DNA of 64,000 nt from NCBI GenBank assembly GCA_963737635.1, contig CAVTTL010000001.1:2144001-2208000 (forward strand). The letters run 5' to 3'. Position 1 is the stretch's first letter; every line of letters starts with the position of its first letter. This document shows positions 61,724 through 64,000 of this stretch, piece after piece. The stretch comes from an uncultured Methanoregulaceae archaeon (lineage in GTDB: Archaea > Halobacteriota > Methanomicrobia > Methanomicrobiales > Methanospirillaceae). Under the pieces are notes generated by a model. The model ran no database searches. It was not told the origin of the DNA and saw only the letters and a list, made by a program, of their open reading frames with translations. Made by a program: the position numbers and the translations under genes.

Positions 61724-62437
61724 TTAAAGCATTCTCTCAAGAAGGCGCATACTTTCAACTGCGCCCTCGAAGTCCTCTACTTCAATCACCGGGGATCCGC
61801 CGCCCTTCTTTATGGTCGCCATTACGGGCTTAAAATCAATGGTACCTTTGCCAACGGCCCAGTGGGAGTCTGCAGTACCATCGTTGTCGTGCAGGTGGTA
61901 GTGCTGCGCCGGGACTGCGAGGAACTCTTTAAGATAGTGGTTCTGGTGGGCATGACCCACATCGAGGGTGAAGTTGTAGCCTTCGATCAGTGGGAGCTCC
62001 TCCGGAGTCTTAAGGAAGAAATACTCCCAGTCGCCCATATTCTCGACAGAAAACGATACGCCATATTCACGTGCGGCGGCAGAGAGCTCCGTAAGAGAAC
62101 GGGTGAGCTGTTGTTCAGCTGGCGCCCGCTCCTCAGGCCATGCAAAGTAACCGGGGTGCACAACGACCTCTGCGCCCACCTCAGCTGCGATGGCGAAACA
62201 CTCCTTCATCACGGTAACGCTTCCCCGGCGGATCGGCTCGAGTGTGCTTGCAAGGTTGGTCCCCCGGCAGGGTGCGTGGATGGAGAACATGCATGAATGG
62301 GAGAGGAGGGGTTCAGCGGTTTTGAGGAAGTGGAGACCCTCATCCATGATCTCGATCGAATCGGTAACCTCGGCAATCTTTGCAAGCGCCAGCGGGAGCG
62401 GTTCATGGTGGAGACAAAGGGTAGAGAGCCCGAGCAT
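61724..62437 (-). CDS. Sugar phosphate isomerase/epimerase (AP endonuclease 2 TIM barrel)
   Basis: SIHAP, VVHPG, VENM, LDVGHA, HLHDN, D.H, IE. Confidence 0.88.
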   Translation of the reverse strand: MLGLSTLCLHHEPLPLALAKIAEVTDSIEIMDEGLHFLKTAEPLLSHSCMFSIHAPCRGTNLASTLEPIRRGSVTVMKECFAIAAEVGAEVVVHPGYFAWPEERAPAEQQLTRSLTELSAAAREYGVSFSVENMGDWEYFFLKTPEELPLIEGYNFTLDVGHAHQNHYLKEFLAVPAQHYHLHDNDGTADSHWAVGKGTIDFKPVMATIKKGGGSPVIEVEDFEGAVESMRLLERML

Positions 62438-62560
62438 TATCTTGAAATGTGTCGGCAGGTGCCCATAAACGTGCTGATCTGTCCCGGGTGCAGTTAAGAG
62501 GCGTAAAGCTGCGGCAGGTAAGGAAGCACTCCCTGCGGTAAAACGATCCTGAAAAAGAGA

Positions 62561-63592
62561 TTATTGCTTCATCCGGACTTCGAGCTGCGGGAACGGGATC
62601 TCGATTCCTTCGGCTGCGAACCGTGCCGCGATCCGGACATTGAGGGCATCTTTGACCTCGTCCGGGATATTGTAAGCCTTTGCCCAGACATAGATCACAA
62701 ACTTGAGACTTGAATCCCCGAACTCCTGGAAAAAGATCCTTGGCGCCGGTTCAGCAGCAAAATAATCCGTATTGTTGATCGCATCGGTGACTACCTCGAA
62801 AAGTACTTCCTTGACCCGGGCGATATCGGTGCCGTACGCGACCGTGACCGGGATCGTGTACCGGATTTTTGGGTCTGGTTCCGAGTAGTTGACCACACTC
62901 CCGGAGGTGATCTTATTGTTAGGGATGGTGACGATCTTTCCATCAATAGTCTTGATCCGGGTGCTCCGGGTACCGATCGCGACGACGTCACCGTAAAACG
63001 TGTCAACCTCGATACGGTCACCTGCTTTGAATGGTTTGTCGACCGTGATGATCGCGCCGCCAAAGAAGTTGGAGATCAGGTCCTGGGCAGCGAGCGCAAA
63101 GGCCAAACCGGCGATACCGGCACCGGCAAGGAAGGGGGTGATGTTGATCTCGAGGTTGACAAAGACCAGCATGATCCCGACAAACCAGACTACATAACGT
63201 ACGGCAAGTTCGAGGAGATCGACGATACGGTCATCGGTATCTCCTTCGGTTAACTCGGCCAGCTGGCGTCCGTAGATCCGGATGATGTCGTGGAGAAGGG
63301 AGGAGGCGATCCAGGTCCCCAGCAGGATATAGATCGAATTGAGCACCTTGTCAGAGAGGATCCACGCATACTGCGCCGGGACGATGTTGAAATCCTTGAG
63401 GGCGATATACACCGAGATTGCAACAATACCGACCTGGACGGGCGTGCCGATGGCGGCGACGATGATATCGTCCCATTTTGTCTCGGTGGTCTCGGCAAAC
63501 TTCTCCAGCCACCGCACGATCATACGTGCGATTCCTGCCACGGCAAGACCGGCAAGAATGGTCAGAATGGCGAAGAACAGGCTGTCATCCAT
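62561..63592 (-). CDS. mscS: Small-conductance mechanosensitive channel
   Basis: AGIAGLA.ALAAQD...NF, PFK.GD, IPN, GIEIPFPQ. Confidence 0.92.
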   Translation of the reverse strand: MDDSLFFAILTILAGLAVAGIARMIVRWLEKFAETTETKWDDIIVAAIGTPVQVGIVAISVYIALKDFNIVPAQYAWILSDKVLNSIYILLGTWIASSLLHDIIRIYGRQLAELTEGDTDDRIVDLLELAVRYVVWFVGIMLVFVNLEINITPFLAGAGIAGLAFALAAQDLISNFFGGAIITVDKPFKAGDRIEVDTFYGDVVAIGTRSTRIKTIDGKIVTIPNNKITSGSVVNYSEPDPKIRYTIPVTVAYGTDIARVKEVLFEVVTDAINNTDYFAAEPAPRIFFQEFGDSSLKFVIYVWAKAYNIPDEVKDALNVRIAARFAAEGIEIPFPQLEVRMKQ

Positions 63593-63637
63593 ACACGTAA
63601 ACTTATGTTGCAGGGTTCTAAATAAGTATAAGATAGC

Positions 63638-64000
63638 ATGGCGACGGGAAACGAGATAGCAGCAACTCTCCGCGGACTGGTGGACCGGGATATGACTTTT
63701 ATGCACATCTGCGGTACGCACGAGGCTGCGATTGCCCGGACCGGCCTGCGCAGTATCCTGCCCCCACAGTTAAAGATCGTTATGGGCCCCGGCTGCCCGG
63801 TCTGCATCACGCCACAGGGTGAGATCGACGCCGCTCTCGATCTCGTGGAAAAAGACTGCATTATTGCAACTTATGGTGACCTCCTCCGGGTTCCCGGCTC
63901 TAAAGGATCCTTGGAATCCTGCGGCGGGGACGTGCGAATCGTGCAGGGGATCCACAAAGCCGTTGAGATCGCCGGGAAGACCGACAAGGAGGTTGTCTTT
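63638..64000 (+). CDS. hypD: Hydrogenase maturation protein HypD (3' truncated by window edge)
   Basis: MHICGTHE and GPGCPVC read directly from ATG 63638. Confidence 0.93.
   Translation, partial: MATGNEIAATLRGLVDRDMTFMHICGTHEAAIARTGLRSILPPQLKIVMGPGCPVCITPQGEIDAALDLVEKDCIIATYGDLLRVPGSKGSLESCGGDVRIVQGIHKAVEIAGKTDKEVVF

Overview
Archaeal chromosomal segment, most consistent with a Methanomicrobiales (Methanoregula-like) methanogen. This is inferred from SepCysS, Dph6, ThiI, HypD, a DUF2150-like gene, a PEGA protein and many PAS/REC kinases. Bases 1-15,000 form an accessory island of efflux, redox/detox and regulator modules. Almost every module boundary there carries a 74-92 bp non-coding element with GG(C/T)TCTGT...ACAGA(G/A)CC-type terminal inverted repeats. 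There are six copies of one family, several divergent relatives and two half-elements. No transposase is in the window and no convincing copy lies in the other 49 kb. This MITE-punctuated, cassette-like array is the main finding. The rest encodes signalling proteins, ABC exporters, a GLIC-like pentameric ligand-gated channel, an atypical rhomboid, an orphan Dam-type methylase and a homospermidine synthase/ornithine decarboxylase pair. It also holds SepCysS with a duplicated 3' end flanking a PEGA gene, tRNA-Thr(GGT) preceded by a degenerate tRNA-Thr-like copy, and two candidate sRNA units. At least nine genes have single-base frameshifts, probably sequencing errors. All family calls are by motif recognition, not database search.
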